Source of the DNA: Octopus sinensis
Taxonomy: Eukaryota
DNA length: 64,000 nucleotides
Assembly (NCBI RefSeq): GCF_006345805.1
Contig: NC_043006.1
Span: 7,378,001 to 7,442,000 of the forward strand
Reading direction: 5' to 3'
Below, piece after piece: positions 52,091 through 64,000 of the stretch (position 1 is its first letter; every line of letters starts with the position of its first letter). Made by a program: the position numbers and the translations under genes. The notes under the pieces were generated by a model, which was not told the DNA's origin, searched no databases, and worked only from the letters and a program-made list of their open reading frames with translations.

Positions 52091-52321
52091 ATATTATTAT
52101 TGAATGGAAGAAATGGAGTTGAACGAAGATTGTACAGAATTCCTTTTATTACATTCTACACATGTTTCAAAGGCCACAAATTTCCAAATTCTGATTAAAT
52201 AAGGGTACCCTTATTTAATCAGAATTTGGAAATTTGTGGCCTTTGAAACATGTGTAGAATGTAATAAAGGAATTCTGTACAATCTTCGTTCAACTCCATT
52301 TCTTCCATTCAATAATAATAT
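52091..52321. repeat. 231-bp near-perfect palindrome with no loop
   Basis: Centre AGGGT|ACCCT at 52206/52207; one 1-bp indel between arms; followed by (TA)n. Confidence 0.93.
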
Positions 52322-52323
52322 AT

Positions 52324-52354
<31 letters not shown>

Positions 52355-52370
52355 TATATTATATGATATA

Positions 52371-52463
<93 letters not shown>

Positions 52464-52611
52464 TAATATATGATAGTATATATATATATACATACATATA
52501 TATATATATATGTTTTTTTCTATTTCTATTCCTGAGCGCTATACTAATACATTTATTTGTTTGTACTCCCCTGCCTTCGTCTTTTGTTTATTTTCGTAAA
52601 CTTTCCCTTTA

Positions 52612-52645
<34 letters not shown>

Positions 52646-53974
52646 ATGTATGTATGTATGTATGTATGTATATATATATATGTGTGTGTGTGTGTATACT
52701 GAGAGAAATAGACAGAGAGAGCGTCTGACATAAATAGATAAGATAGATCAACAAAGAAATAGATATCAATATGTATGCTTGTGTGGTTATATATACTAGC
52801 AAATCTCCCCATCTACGATTGAGGCATAAAATGAGTGAAGGAAATCCTAATGAACTGCTAAATACAACAGTTAAATGTCCCTTCCATACCGCCTATTGCT
52901 CCTAATACTCACCCTCCATGATATTCTTTCGTTACCTCGGCAGCAGAAATTGAAAGAGAGGAGAAAGTGTAAGATGGATGTGTGAGAGAGAGAGAGAGAG
53001 TGAGTGAAGGCGTGTTGTTACGTATGTGAAACACTCGCTGTCTCTCTCTCTTCCTCTCTCTCTTCCTCTCTCTCTCTCTCACATACATACAAAAAAGATG
53101 AATACGTATATACATAAATACAAAAACTATGTATGCATATGTATATATGTATGTACGTGTATATGAAAGTTAATTTGTGCGTGTGTCTGTGAGAGAGCCA
53201 GTGAGTGCCACTTACACATACATGCAAAAAATTGCATACATGACAATACACATCTTCACTCAAACAACCTACCCATGTCTCTCTCTCACACACACACACA
53301 AGAAAAATATGTATGCATATGTTTTTATGTATGTAGGTTCATATGAAGGATAGTATGTGAGAGAGGGAGAGGGTGAGTGCCAGTTACATATTCCTAACAT
53401 ACCTCAGTCACTCACTATCTCTCTCTCCCTCTCTCTGTCTCTCTCTCTCTCTCTCACGCACACACACTTCCATATCATATACACGTATATCTTTTACTTT
53501 CTCCGCTCTTTCATTTTCTGCTCTCACATCAAAGCAAATGTCGCCTTCCAAAGAGATTAGAGAAATAAAAAAAATTTACGGAAATTCAATAACAATAAAA
53601 TGTGATCCCAAATGATTGAGTTTGATAACTATGCTGTTTGTAACGAAAGAATACTAAATCCATATTGGTCTAAAAGTACAGACATGTACATTTTAGATAC
53701 TGGAAAGAGTTACAGGCGATGTCATGCACGCTACCTACACGAGCCAAGCTAACTTAATTTCTGTTGCAAAATAGAGAGCAGCATTTCTCACTTTTCCAAT
53801 ATTTAATTACAAGAGAGAATATGTTGTCACAAAAAACGTTAAAACTGTAGTAATTTTATCGATCTGTCATTGAACCAGGATTCTAATTTCATTTGATACA
53901 CACTTTGCTATTATTTATATGGAGAATTGCAACAGCAACACAAGCTGCCCTGTGGTGAGATAGTACCAACTGTC

Positions 53975-54732
53975 ATTGGGATCTTAAAATCAACTGGGAT
54001 CTATTGCAGTCATTGCCAGGACAAGAACAGTCTTTCAAATCCATTGACACTGTCATTGACCAGGACCAAGCTTTAGTTTTCCAACTGAGTTACTAAACTC
54101 TCTACAGCCATCTGAGATGCCTCCACCCAACTTTACATTTCAAAATGGGGCCCCAATTACGTTGGATCCATCTTGCCTGTGCAATGGAACCTGACTGGTG
54201 GTAAAAGCCACGAAATCCCATGTCCTACAAGCAGCGATTATCACTGGGAAATATAAGGATGGGGATGTCTTCATTCCACGGATCCCGTTAATCCCATATG
54301 ACATCCCTTTTCAATTTAAACGGCAGCAATTCCTAGTGAAACAAAGTTTTGTTATGGCGATAAACAAATCTCAAGAAAAATCTCTCAAGGTTGTTGGTCT
54401 TAGCCTTGCTTCTCCTTGCTTCTTTCATGGGCAGTTATATGTAGAATATTCGCGAGTTGGCAGTCCCAGTTTTTTTTTTATTTGTACCCCAATTAAAGGA
54501 CACTCTGAGAACATTCTATATTTAGAAGTGCCACAAAATTAAGCTCTGATTTGTTTTAATAAATGCTTATACAGGAGTGGCTATGTGGTAAGTAGCTTGC
54601 TAACCAACCACATGGTACCGGGTTCAGTCCCACTGCGTGGCATCTTGGGCTAGTGTCTTCTGCTATAGCCCCGGGCCGACCAATGCCTTGTGAGTGGATT
54701 TGGTAGACGGAAACTGAAAGAAGCCTGTCGTA

Positions 54733-54779
<47 letters not shown>

Positions 54780-55082
54780 TTGAGTGTCTGTGTTTGTCCC
54801 CCTAGGATTGCTTGACAACCGATGTCACTTACCGGTTCGGCAAAAGAGACCGATAGAATAAATACTGGGCTTACAAAGAATAAGTCCCGGGATCGATTTG
54901 CTCGACTAAAGGCGGTGCTCCAGCATGGCCGCAGTCAAATAACTGAAACAAGTAAAAGAGTAAAAAGTATACTCACGTCATCTGATAGAATGTTTTGGCA
55001 AAATATTTTTCTATCAGAATAAATATATTTATTTTCTTTAACATTCTTTAAACTTCCGAGTAACGTCGGGTACTTAGGCTAG
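53975..55082 (+). mobile_element. Helitron 3' part with PIF1-like helicase remnant, interrupted by a SINE
   Basis: FKSIDTVIDQDQA..FPTELLNSLQPSEMPP..CLCNGT.LVVK..DVFIPRIPLIP..FQFKRQQFLV..SFVMAINKSQ..SLKVVGL..PCFFHGQLYV..SRVG (stop 54540-54542); hairpin CCGA-GTAACG-TCGG, then CTAG (55079-55082) and T. Confidence 0.88.
54572..54968 (+). mobile_element. SINE family A nested in the Helitron
   Basis: Match with a small internal deletion. Confidence 0.92.
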
Positions 55083-55116
55083 TAAATATATATTATATAT
55101 ATATATATATCTATAT

Positions 55117-55151
<35 letters not shown>

Positions 55152-55482
55152 GTGTGTGTATGTGTGCATGCGAGTATTTGTAAGTATGTCTGTATATATA
55201 CTTACATGTCGGAATACATATGTAAACCTTGTACTTACAGGTATAACATTCTGCCATCCATGTATGCGTATATAAGTGTATGTATTATATGTGTGGTGAG
55301 TATCAGTTTGAAGGTGTGTGCTTACTTAAAAAATGAGAAATCCATTGATAAAGATAGAAACTTATTTTATTCTACAATGCGAAACAAACAGACGTAGTTA
55401 ATAATAGTTTACAACGAAGACGACAACTCTATTACGTCCATATAGAAGTCTTTCTCTTGTCCTCTGCTTCCAGACTTTTGTG

Positions 55483-55519
<37 letters not shown>

Positions 55520-55555
55520 GAATGTATGTATGTATGCATGTATGTATTATATATA

Positions 55556-55597
<42 letters not shown>

Positions 55598-55819
55598 CAA
55601 TTAATCAATTTAGGGTAGCAAAAAATTCAGTAAAATTTATCGCTACCATCGGCCTAGTGGAAAAGAGAAAATAGTCCAAAGACTAAATATATATAAATAT
55701 AACAATTTAGGAATAGCCTAAACAGGCCATTCGTCCACCAGAAAGAGCAGCCAGACTCAAACGCCAAGTAGTGCAATTCGGAAATAAGGTGAAAATTTAA
55801 AAACGTTTACCCTAATTCA

Positions 55820-55920
55820 TCTTTTATACGATGCATCGTTTCGGTGTTTTTTAATGATAGACCAGCTTGATTAAATTAATTAAGCTAGTCTACCATAGGT
55901 CACACTTCATCAGTAAAAGA
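55820..55920 (-). ncRNA. Type I hammerhead ribozyme, copy 1
   Basis: Minus strand: TCTTTTA-CTGATGA-[AGTGT...14-bp inner stem...ACACC]-GAAA-CGATGCATCG-TA-TAAAAGA. Predicted cleavage after GUA, between 55827 and 55826. Confidence 0.82.
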
Positions 55921-56292
55921 AACCTGGGAGAGACGAATATACACGAGGCGACTGTATCAATGCCTCGGGAATATCTGTCTAAAATTTTCAAGACCAACGC
56001 ATTCGCGCCAAACTTATCGGCAGCAAATATAAACTGCCGATTCAATCTCAGAATTAGTCAGAAAATTATCAATTAATCAATTTAGGGTAGCAAAAAATTC
56101 AGTAAAAATTTATCGCTACCAGCGGCCTAGTGAAAAGAGAAAATAGTCAAAGACTAAATATATATAAATATAACAATTTAGGAATGGCCTAAACAGGCCA
56201 TTCGTCCACCAGAAAGAGCAGCCAGAACTCAAACCGCCAAGTAGTGCAATTCAGAAATAAGGTGAAAATTTAAAAACGTTTACCCTAATTCA

Positions 56293-56395
56293 TCTTTTAT
56301 ACGATGCATCGTTTCGGTGTTTTTTTAATGATAGACCAGCTTAATTAAATTAAATTAAGCTAGTCTACCATAGGTCACACTTCATCAGTAAAAGA
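56293..56395 (-). ncRNA. Type I hammerhead ribozyme, copy 2
   Basis: Same architecture; predicted cleavage between 56300 and 56299. Confidence 0.82.
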
Positions 56396-56733
56396 AACCT
56401 GGGAGAGACGAATATACACGAGGCGACTGTATCAATGCCTCGGGAATATCTGTCTTAAAATTTTCAAGACCAATGCATTCGCGCCAAACTTATCGGCAGC
56501 AAATATAACTGACGATTCAATCTCAGAATTAGTCAGAAAATTATCAATTAATCAATTTTTTGCTACCTAAATTGATTAATTGATAATTTTTCTGACTAAT
56601 TCTGAGATTGAATCGGCAGTTTATATTTGCTGCCGATAAGTTTGGCGCGAATGCGTTGGTCTTGAAAATTTTAAGACAGATATTCCCGAGGCATTGATAC
56701 AGTCGCCTCGTGTATATTCGTCTCTCCCAGGTT

Positions 56734-56833
56734 TCTTTTACTGATGAAGTGTGACCTATGGTAGACTAGCTTAATTTAATTTAATCAAGCTGGTCTATCA
56801 TTAAAAAACACCGAAACGATGCATCGTATAAAA
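56734..56833 (+). ncRNA. Type I hammerhead ribozyme, copy 3 (inverted unit)
   Basis: CTGATGA 56741-56747, GAAA 56813-56816, palindrome ACGATGCATCGT 56816-56827, GTA 56826-56828; stem I shortened to 5 bp by a small insertion. Confidence 0.78.
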
Positions 56834-57044
56834 ATAAAGATGAATTAGGGTAACGTTTTTAAATTTTCACCTTATTTCCGAATTGCACTACTTGGCGGTT
56901 TGAGTTCTGGCTGCTCTTTCTGGTGGACGAATGGCCTGTTTAGGCTTCCTAATTGTTATATATATATATATATATTATATATATATATATATATTATATC
57001 ATATATATACATTTATATAACTCATTTTATATATACACACACAC

Positions 57045-57075
<31 letters not shown>

Positions 57076-57681
57076 ATATATATATATATATATTATAATA
57101 TATTATATATATATATATATGTGTCTGTATGTGTGCATGACTTTATATTCACATATATATGCACGTATATATACGTATGTATGTATATGTATATATATGT
57201 ATATATACTATATATATTATATATATATATACATATATATACAGAGAGAGAGAGAGAGAGAGAGTGACAGATAGATAGACAGATATATATATATATATAT
57301 AGATATATAGATATATATATGCATACATACATGCATACACATATGCATATTATACACACTTATATATACAAATATGAATGATGTATATATATGTGTGTGT
57401 GTGTGTGTGTTGTGTGTGTGTGCGTGTGTGTTGTCCCTTGACATTTATTTAAAAGAAATCTACTGGGTACTAACGGATGTCACAAAGAGAACGAGATGCT
57501 ATTTTTGAACCCGAGCAGACATTTCCAGGACGATTTAATGTACAAGTGCGATTGTACGTCTGCATATTTGAGTGTATGTTACTATTGCTTAGATGTTGCT
57601 GCACGCAGAATGTGTTTCCTCTCTTATAATGGACATGGCTACCTTTTTATTGCATATGTGTATGATTGAGTTTATTTACGT

Positions 57682-58051
57682 ATAGGCGCAGGAGTGGCTG
57701 TGTGGTAAGTAGCTTGCTAACGAACCACATGGTTCCGGGTACAGTCCCACTGCGTGGCATCTTAGGCGAGTGTCTTCTGCTATAGTCCCGGGCCGACCAA
57801 TGCCTTGTGAGTGGATTTGGTATATATGTATGTGTGTGTACGTGTTTGTGTGTTTGTGTTTGTCCCCCTAGCATTGCTTGACAACCGATGCTGGTGTGTT
57901 TACGTCCCCGTAACTTAGCGGTCCGGCAAAAAGAGACCGATAGAATAAGTACTGGGCTTACAAAGAATAAGTCCCGGGGTCGATTTGCTCGACTAAAGGC
58001 GGTGCTCCAGCATGGCCGTAGTCAAAATGACTGAAAACAAGTAAAAGAGAG
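57682..58051 (+). mobile_element. SINE family A
   Basis: Match with a small internal deletion. Confidence 0.92.
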
Positions 58052-58368
58052 TATCTGTTTTAAACCGGATACATATCTGAAACGACGTCTTTACGATGCT
58101 TTTTGAGATTTAAATGGAATGGGGATTCTTTGGAGCATTTTGCAAATTTTCGATACCCAACTTTTGAATTTTGAAAATGCAAGTCAGTTTGTGTTTTCAA
58201 TTATCTTTTTTACACATCATAGGTGACTGTAACTCTTATTTCTTCAATTATTCATGTAAAAAAAAAGAGAAACTGAATGATAATGAAGTGCAATGAAGCT
58301 CCCTTATTAGGATTTAGATCACAGCAACTGTTAGGCTTACGTGTCTGAATATCTTCTGTTTTGATTAT

Positions 58369-58660
58369 TACTCCCTTTACTCTCTTTTACTCTTTTACTT
58401 GTTTCAGTCATTTGACTGCGGTCATGTTGGAGCACCGCCTTTAATCGAGCAACTCGACCCCGGGACTTATTCTTTTGTAAGCCCAGTACTTATTCTATCG
58501 GTCTCTTTTGCCGAACCGCTAAGTAAAGGGGACATAAACACACCAGCATCGGTTGTCAAGTAATGCTAGGGGGACAAACACAGACACACAAAAACACACA
58601 CACATATATATATATACATATATAACAAGCTACGTACCACACAGCCACTCCTACGCCTAT
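58369..58660 (-). mobile_element. SINE family A, internally deleted
   Basis: Tail and body at 58369-58625 are joined directly to the head ACCACACAGCCACTCCTACGCCTAT. Confidence 0.88.
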
Positions 58661-58891
58661 ATTTACTAAAAGTATTAAACATATTCCTACCACATGCTAC
58701 ACATAAGCAAACACGTCCCATTTACTTCGCTGTTGCTTTCACTATCTGTACCTCTTTCCCACAGAGATACAAATATATGTGTAGCTGTGTGTGTGTGTGT
58801 CTGTGTGTATTTGTGTGTGTGTGTATGCGTGTGTATGTGTGTGTGTGTTTATGGGTGCGTGAGTATCTGCGTGTTTGGATGTTTGTGTTTG

Positions 58892-59125
58892 AAGGCGGCG
58901 AGCTGGCAGAGACGTTAGCACGCCGGGCGAAATGCTTTGTAGTATTTCGTCCGCCGCTGCGTTCTGAGTTCAAATTCCGCCGAGGACGACTTTGCCTTTC
59001 ATCCTTTCGGGGTCGATAAATTAAGTACCAGTTACGCACTGGGGTCGATCTAATCGACTTAATCTGTTTGTCTGTCCTTGTTTGTCCTCTCTGTGTTCAG
59101 CCCCATTGTGGGTAGTAAAGAAATA
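58892..59125 (+). mobile_element. SINE family C with 15-bp TSD
   Basis: GGATGTTTGTGTTTG at 58877-58891 and 59126-59140. Confidence 0.93.
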
Positions 59126-59452
59126 GGATGTTTGTGTTTGTGTACCAAGGAACTTTCATAGCTTCACAATACGCTCCTACTTGTGGTATAAGCACACAGT
59201 CATACAAGTGAGAAACGGTAACCAAAATGGCAGAAGCCAAACAAAATCAAACAAGTACCCCATAAGTCAACCCTTCAGCCTAATCTTAGAGAGAAATGTA
59301 ATAAAAATCTAAGCTTTCAAACTGTATTCTGTTAACATTACCCAACCACCTCTCCGTGCCACAAGCTACTTAATAAGAGCCATAGAAAATTCAGCTATAA
59401 TCGTGCTAATTACCAAGCGTTCCATCGATGCTGTACGTCACACTACGTCTGG

Positions 59453-60018
59453 AAATATAGACCCTATAACCTGAAATGTTTAAGACCTTGTCTATTAAGA
59501 GACAATTACTCATAATCTAAGTAATATACAAATTAATTGAAGGGGTAGAGCGAAAATTTCGACAAAATATAGACCCTATAACCTGAAATGTTTAAGACCT
59601 TGTCTATTAAGAGATAGTTACTCATAATCTAAGAAATATACAAATTAATTGAAGGGGTAGAGCGAAAATTTCGACAAAATATAGACCCTATAACCTGAAA
59701 TGTTTAAGACCTTGTCTATTAAGAGATACTTACTCATAATCTAAGTAATATACAAATTAATTGAAGGGGTAGACGGAAAATTTCGACAAAATATAGACCC
59801 TATAACCTGAAAAGTTTAAAACCTTGTCTATTAAGAGATAGTTACTCATAATCTAAGAAATATACAAATTAATTGAAGGGGTAGATGGAAAATTTCGACA
59901 AAATATAGACCCTATAACCTGAAATGTTTAAAACCTTGTCTATTAAGAGATAGTTACTCATAATCTAAGAAATATACAAATTAATTGAAGGGGTAGATGG
60001 AAAATTTCGACAAAATAT
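59453..60018 (+). repeat. 112-bp tandem repeat x5, directly upstream of a Helitron-like 3' end
   Basis: AAATATAG anchors with G at 59460, 59572, 59684, 59796 and 59908; followed by CCCGAGCAAAAGTTAGG...CTAG (60049-60052). Confidence 0.93.
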
Positions 60019-60569
60019 TTGCCCGAGCAAAAGTTAGGATATATAAAACTAGGTGTGCGCATGACGTTCCCTATTTCTACGGGATTTCTATAAAAACAAT
60101 GTCTCGTACACCTTTTTGGACTTAGAGAGATTTTGTTATGTCGCATGTTCGGATGCCTTCTACTCAACACTACTCTGCTAACACCGCTACTCAACTGATC
60201 TCTTCTGCTCTCAACTACTCTCTCTCTCGACGTCTAGACTTCTCCCTCTATATCTACATATTGGGCTAGTCTAATTCATCGTCTGGGGGCGTCCACACAA
60301 CAGATTTATATATATAAAAGCTGTAGATATAGATAGATATGTGTATATAAATTTAAAAAAATAGAGTGTAGCATCCCTTAAGCAAATAGTTCTAAGATAT
60401 GATTATACACCTGCAGAATATATTGCAATTATGCAGTAAATATGAATATGAGATTCCAGAAGGTATTCATTTTCAAAAGCTGGGCCGTATTGCACAGAGG
60501 GTAAACATTCGGTAGTACAACATACACAGCAATGGAAGTACAACAGTTCTGTTATATATCTATAACATA

Positions 60570-61074
60570 CCGTAAATCCTCGAGTATAATCTGTATATTT
60601 TCCCCCAAATTTAAAGGTCAAATTCCCTAGTGCGTACTATATACGAGGTTAAAAATGAAAAATATTTTCTAAGCAATGTCCCAGTCTCTATTTGCTGTCC
60701 GGCAATGTTTATTCAGACGCATTTTGTGATGTCGGACGCGAAAATACCTTAAGCTAAGCCTGAAAGCAACGAAATCATAAATAACTTGCAGTAAGCAACA
60801 TTTATTAAACGTTATCGCTGTTATTACTGTTATTTCTTTATTTTCTATGCACAAAAAAGCTACACGTTTGCATCATGTTATATATACAAAAATAATAAAG
60901 GACGTTACCGTGAACAGTTTTACAAACCAATGACGCAATATAGACCTCCATGATTCAAGCTAGAGAAGGGGTGCGTATTATACACAAGGTTTAGGCTTTT
61001 CAGAAGTACAGCGCCCTAAAAATCAATCCCCTGCGTATTATACTCAAAGGCGAATTATACTCGAGGATTTACGG
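60570..61074. mobile_element. Tc2/pogo-type MITE (505 bp)
   Basis: Perfect 21-bp TIRs CCGTAAATCCTCGAGTATAAT / ATTATACTCGAGGATTTACGG, TA TSD (60568-69, 61075-76), subterminal GCGTATTATAC repeats. Confidence 0.92.
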
Positions 61075-61355
61075 TAATGTACGGAACACATTAATTCCCG
61101 GAACAAAGATTAACAGTTTAAAGACGCCAGATTTGAAATAGTTGCCATACTCACACGGATTACATCAAAACTGTCTTCGGCGACTTAATATATAAATGAA
61201 AATTCATGAAGCAGATAAAATGACGAGTTTAGCGATATTAGATATGAACTACGTCATCAGCAAGCAGTCACTGGACAAGTACCGAACTGATCACTATATA
61301 AACGAGAAATTATTATAAACTATTTTATCAGTGAACAACAATATACAAATAAACA

Positions 61356-61573
61356 AGGCGTAGGAGTGGCTATAGGCGTAGGAGTGGCTATAGGCGTAGG
61401 AATGGCTATAGGCGTAGGAGTGGTTGTGTGGCAAGTAGCTTGCTTACCAACCACATGGTCCCGGGTTCAGTCCCACTGCGCGGCATCTTGAGCAAGTGTC
61501 TTCTGCTATAGCCTCGGGCTGACCAATGCCTTGTGAGTGGATTTGGTAGACGGAAACTGAAAGAAGCCTGTCG

Positions 61574-61606
<33 letters not shown>

Positions 61607-61820
61607 TTGTGTGTCTGCTGTGTTTGCCCCCCTAGCATTGCTTGACAACTGATGCTGGTGTGTTTACGTCCCCGTTACTTAGCGGTTCGGCAAAAAGAGA
61701 CCGATAGAATAAGTACTGGGCTTACAAAGAATAAGTCCTGGGGTCGATTTGCTCGACTAAAGGCGGTGCTCCAGCATGGCCGCAGTCAAAATGACTGAAA
61801 CAATTAAAAGAGTAAAGAGT
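61356..61820 (+). mobile_element. SINE family A with 18-bp 5' end repeated four times
   Basis: AGGCGTAGGAGTGGCTAT-like units at 61356, 61374, 61392 and 61410, then a full body. Confidence 0.92.
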
Positions 61821-62068
61821 AATCTTTTAAAGAACTAATACTACTAACACAGTATCTGAAGTAAAACAAACAGAAAAAAGAACAATAGCAAAACCGACTA
61901 ATGATTATTAGAACAGCCAACAGAAGTAGCAAATGAAATGACTACAACCATAGATAGCATTTCTATAAACAACAGTGAAAAACATTAGAAACTACGCCAT
62001 GAGAGCCATAGCTGCAGATGAAATAGGAATGAACATATTTCCAGTTTATGAACTGGTCAAGAGTTCAT

Positions 62069-62525
62069 AAAGGAGTGGCTGTGTGGTAAGGCGCAGGAGT
62101 GGCTGTGTGGTAAGTAGCTTGCTTACGAACCGCATGGTTCCGGGTTCAGTCCCACTGCGTGGCATCTTGGGCAAGGGTCTTCTACTATAGCCTCGGGCCG
62201 ACCAAAGCCTTGTGAGTGGATTTGGTAGACAGAAACTGAAAGAAGCCCGTCGTATATATGTATAAGTATATATATGCGCGCGCGCGCGTGTGTGTGTTTG
62301 TGTGTGCGCACGTGTGTGTGTGTGTATCTGTATTTGTCCCCTTAACATCGCTTGAAAACCGATGCTTGTGTGTTTACGTCCCCGTAACTTAGCGGTTCGG
62401 CGAAAGAGACCGATAGAATAAGTACTAGGCTTACAAAGAATAAGTCCTGGGGTCGATTTGACTCGACTAAAGGCGGTGCTCCAGCATGGCCGCAGTCAAA
62501 TGATTGATACAAGTAAGAAAGAGTA
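62069..62525 (+). mobile_element. SINE family A with duplicated 5' end
   Basis: AGGAGTGGCTGTGTGGTAAG occurs twice at the start. Confidence 0.9.
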
Positions 62526-62929
62526 GTCAAAGTGTCGAACGAAAACATGTCAACATGACGGTCACGGTGGCACGGAATTGAAGAAACGTGAAAAAAACAA
62601 TCGTCTTAATAAGCTACGCGTTGTATATCACGCTTCACGCTTGCTCCTTCGTTGATAAACTGTAACCACTTACAGTTAGCGGATCGAGTGTGTATGAGTG
62701 AGATATAATACTCGTGTGGATATCGATTCTTTAGTTCTTTGATAAATGTATAGATATGAACATGAAAATATAAATTCTTTTACTTATTTATCCATCAAAT
62801 ATAACAGTATGCTGGACCATTTCACTTAAATAAAATATCAAACCCTTTGATGCAATGTGAATCTATTAGTCATCGCTAGGTAACAAGCCGTTTCTAATTA
62901 CACCAGCGTACATGTAATTTATAATTATA

Positions 62930-63315
62930 CTAGCAGTATCGCCCGGCGTTGCTCGGGTTTGTAAGGGAAATAACTATATAAGCATTTTTAGAGATGTAAA
63001 GTATAATAGCCATCTCAATATGGCTAACCATAAAGGGGGGTGTTACTGTAGCTTTTTACGTTCTAAGATTTAATAATACATTTTTAGAGAGTTACTTCCC
63101 TTATATAATAGCAAAAAAATGGTAAAAAATGATGGTAATTTTTTTTTAAATCGTAGACTCATCGTAGACGCGCGTTAATACCCAGAAGGGCTCGATATGA
63201 ATCACGACTATAAGATACCCGCTTTTGGTTACACTGCACCGCAAAATGTGGGAGTAGTTAGGAATCTAAATCGTAGGAGACAGACACCACACAACCTCAC
63301 TTTTATATAAATAGA
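62930..63315 (-). mobile_element. Complete short non-autonomous Helitron (386 bp)
   Basis: Minus strand starts TCTATTTATATAAAAG and ends CCCGAGCAACGCCGGG-CGATACTG-CTAG, followed by T. Confidence 0.88.
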
Positions 63316-64000
63316 CATGAGGCCTTGATCCTGATAATGCTACCATGAGTAATACAGGTTGTTATTATTGCTATTTCCTGTCTCCAAGTTAGCTCTTTGA
63401 ATAGATTTACAGATTTATATTGCAGATAAAACCATCGAGACTTTCTTTTTTCAGACACGTTTCCTGTTTGAAACAGAGGGCTATAATTAAAGGGAGATTT
63501 TGGCTTTTCGTCAGGTTTAGTGACCCACACACAGTTTTCCTTGTTGACTCCAGTAGTTCAGGCATCTGAGAGATGCGGTTCTCCGTATTTGAAACATTGA
63601 ATTCTATGTTTTTTTTCCTTTTATTACCTTGTTGATGAAATCAGAATGACTGTGACAGAAGGCAAAAATCGAAGTGAGTTGAATCTGCAACTCGGCATTG
63701 ATTTATTGATTATTTTACATATTGTTTTCTTTTTACCTATTTACCTTGAGAGAGGCATGACTGCCATACAATCGCACTTCAATATATTTTAAAATAGGAG
63801 GATTTGTGTGTAAGTAAATACTCTATGTACAACATAAATGAATTTGTGTATGTTCAGTTAGGACCATCTAGACGTTGTATGTGGCAACACACATTTGTGA
63901 ATATCTCTTATAATTAAATTACTTGAAATATTCTTGTCCACGTACATATTTATGTGTTGGATGAGTGTGGGTGTAGCATTTGTAACAGAAGTATGTCATT

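Larger units (their letters stand above)
55597..56960. mobile_element. Retrozyme / Penelope-pLTR-like array: two tandem ~473-bp units plus one inverted partial unit
   Basis: Unit starts TCAATTAATCAATT at 55597, 56069 and 56544; 56558-56960 is a reverse-complement copy; no ORF; flanked by (TA)n on both sides. Confidence 0.8.

Noticed and set aside
63303-63600. Minus-strand ORF near the window end as a gene
   Set aside because: Short, no recognisable domain, and runs into a Helitron 5' end.

Overview
Eukaryotic, very AT-rich, repeat-dominated non-genic DNA. The SINE families and the (TA)n/(GATA)n/(AAT)n load match what I recall of Octopus (coleoid cephalopod) genomes; the species assignment is inference. 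I found no intact host protein-coding gene, and most long ORFs in the track are translated microsatellites. Contents: about 30 tRNA-derived SINE copies in 4-5 families; LINE remnants (R4/Dong-type RLE, Tx1/L1, CR1/L2, RTE); DNA-transposon remnants (Tc1/mariner, Chapaev3-like, hAT Charlie/SPIN-like, a Tc2-type MITE); several Helitrons; Penelope-like tails; a U6 snRNA retrocopy; a 28S rRNA fragment; and a 100-N gap. The most notable item is an ORF-less ~473-bp unit at 55597-56960, present as two tandem copies plus one inverted copy. Each copy carries a complete type I hammerhead ribozyme, giving a retrozyme / Penelope-pLTR-like, potentially circRNA-producing arrangement. Also notable are a U6-SINE chimera with a possible shared TSD, a Tx1 LINE embedded in (GATA)n, several fold-back palindromes built from Penelope-like tails, and a covarying 3' stem-loop shared by the major SINE and a CR1/L2 LINE.
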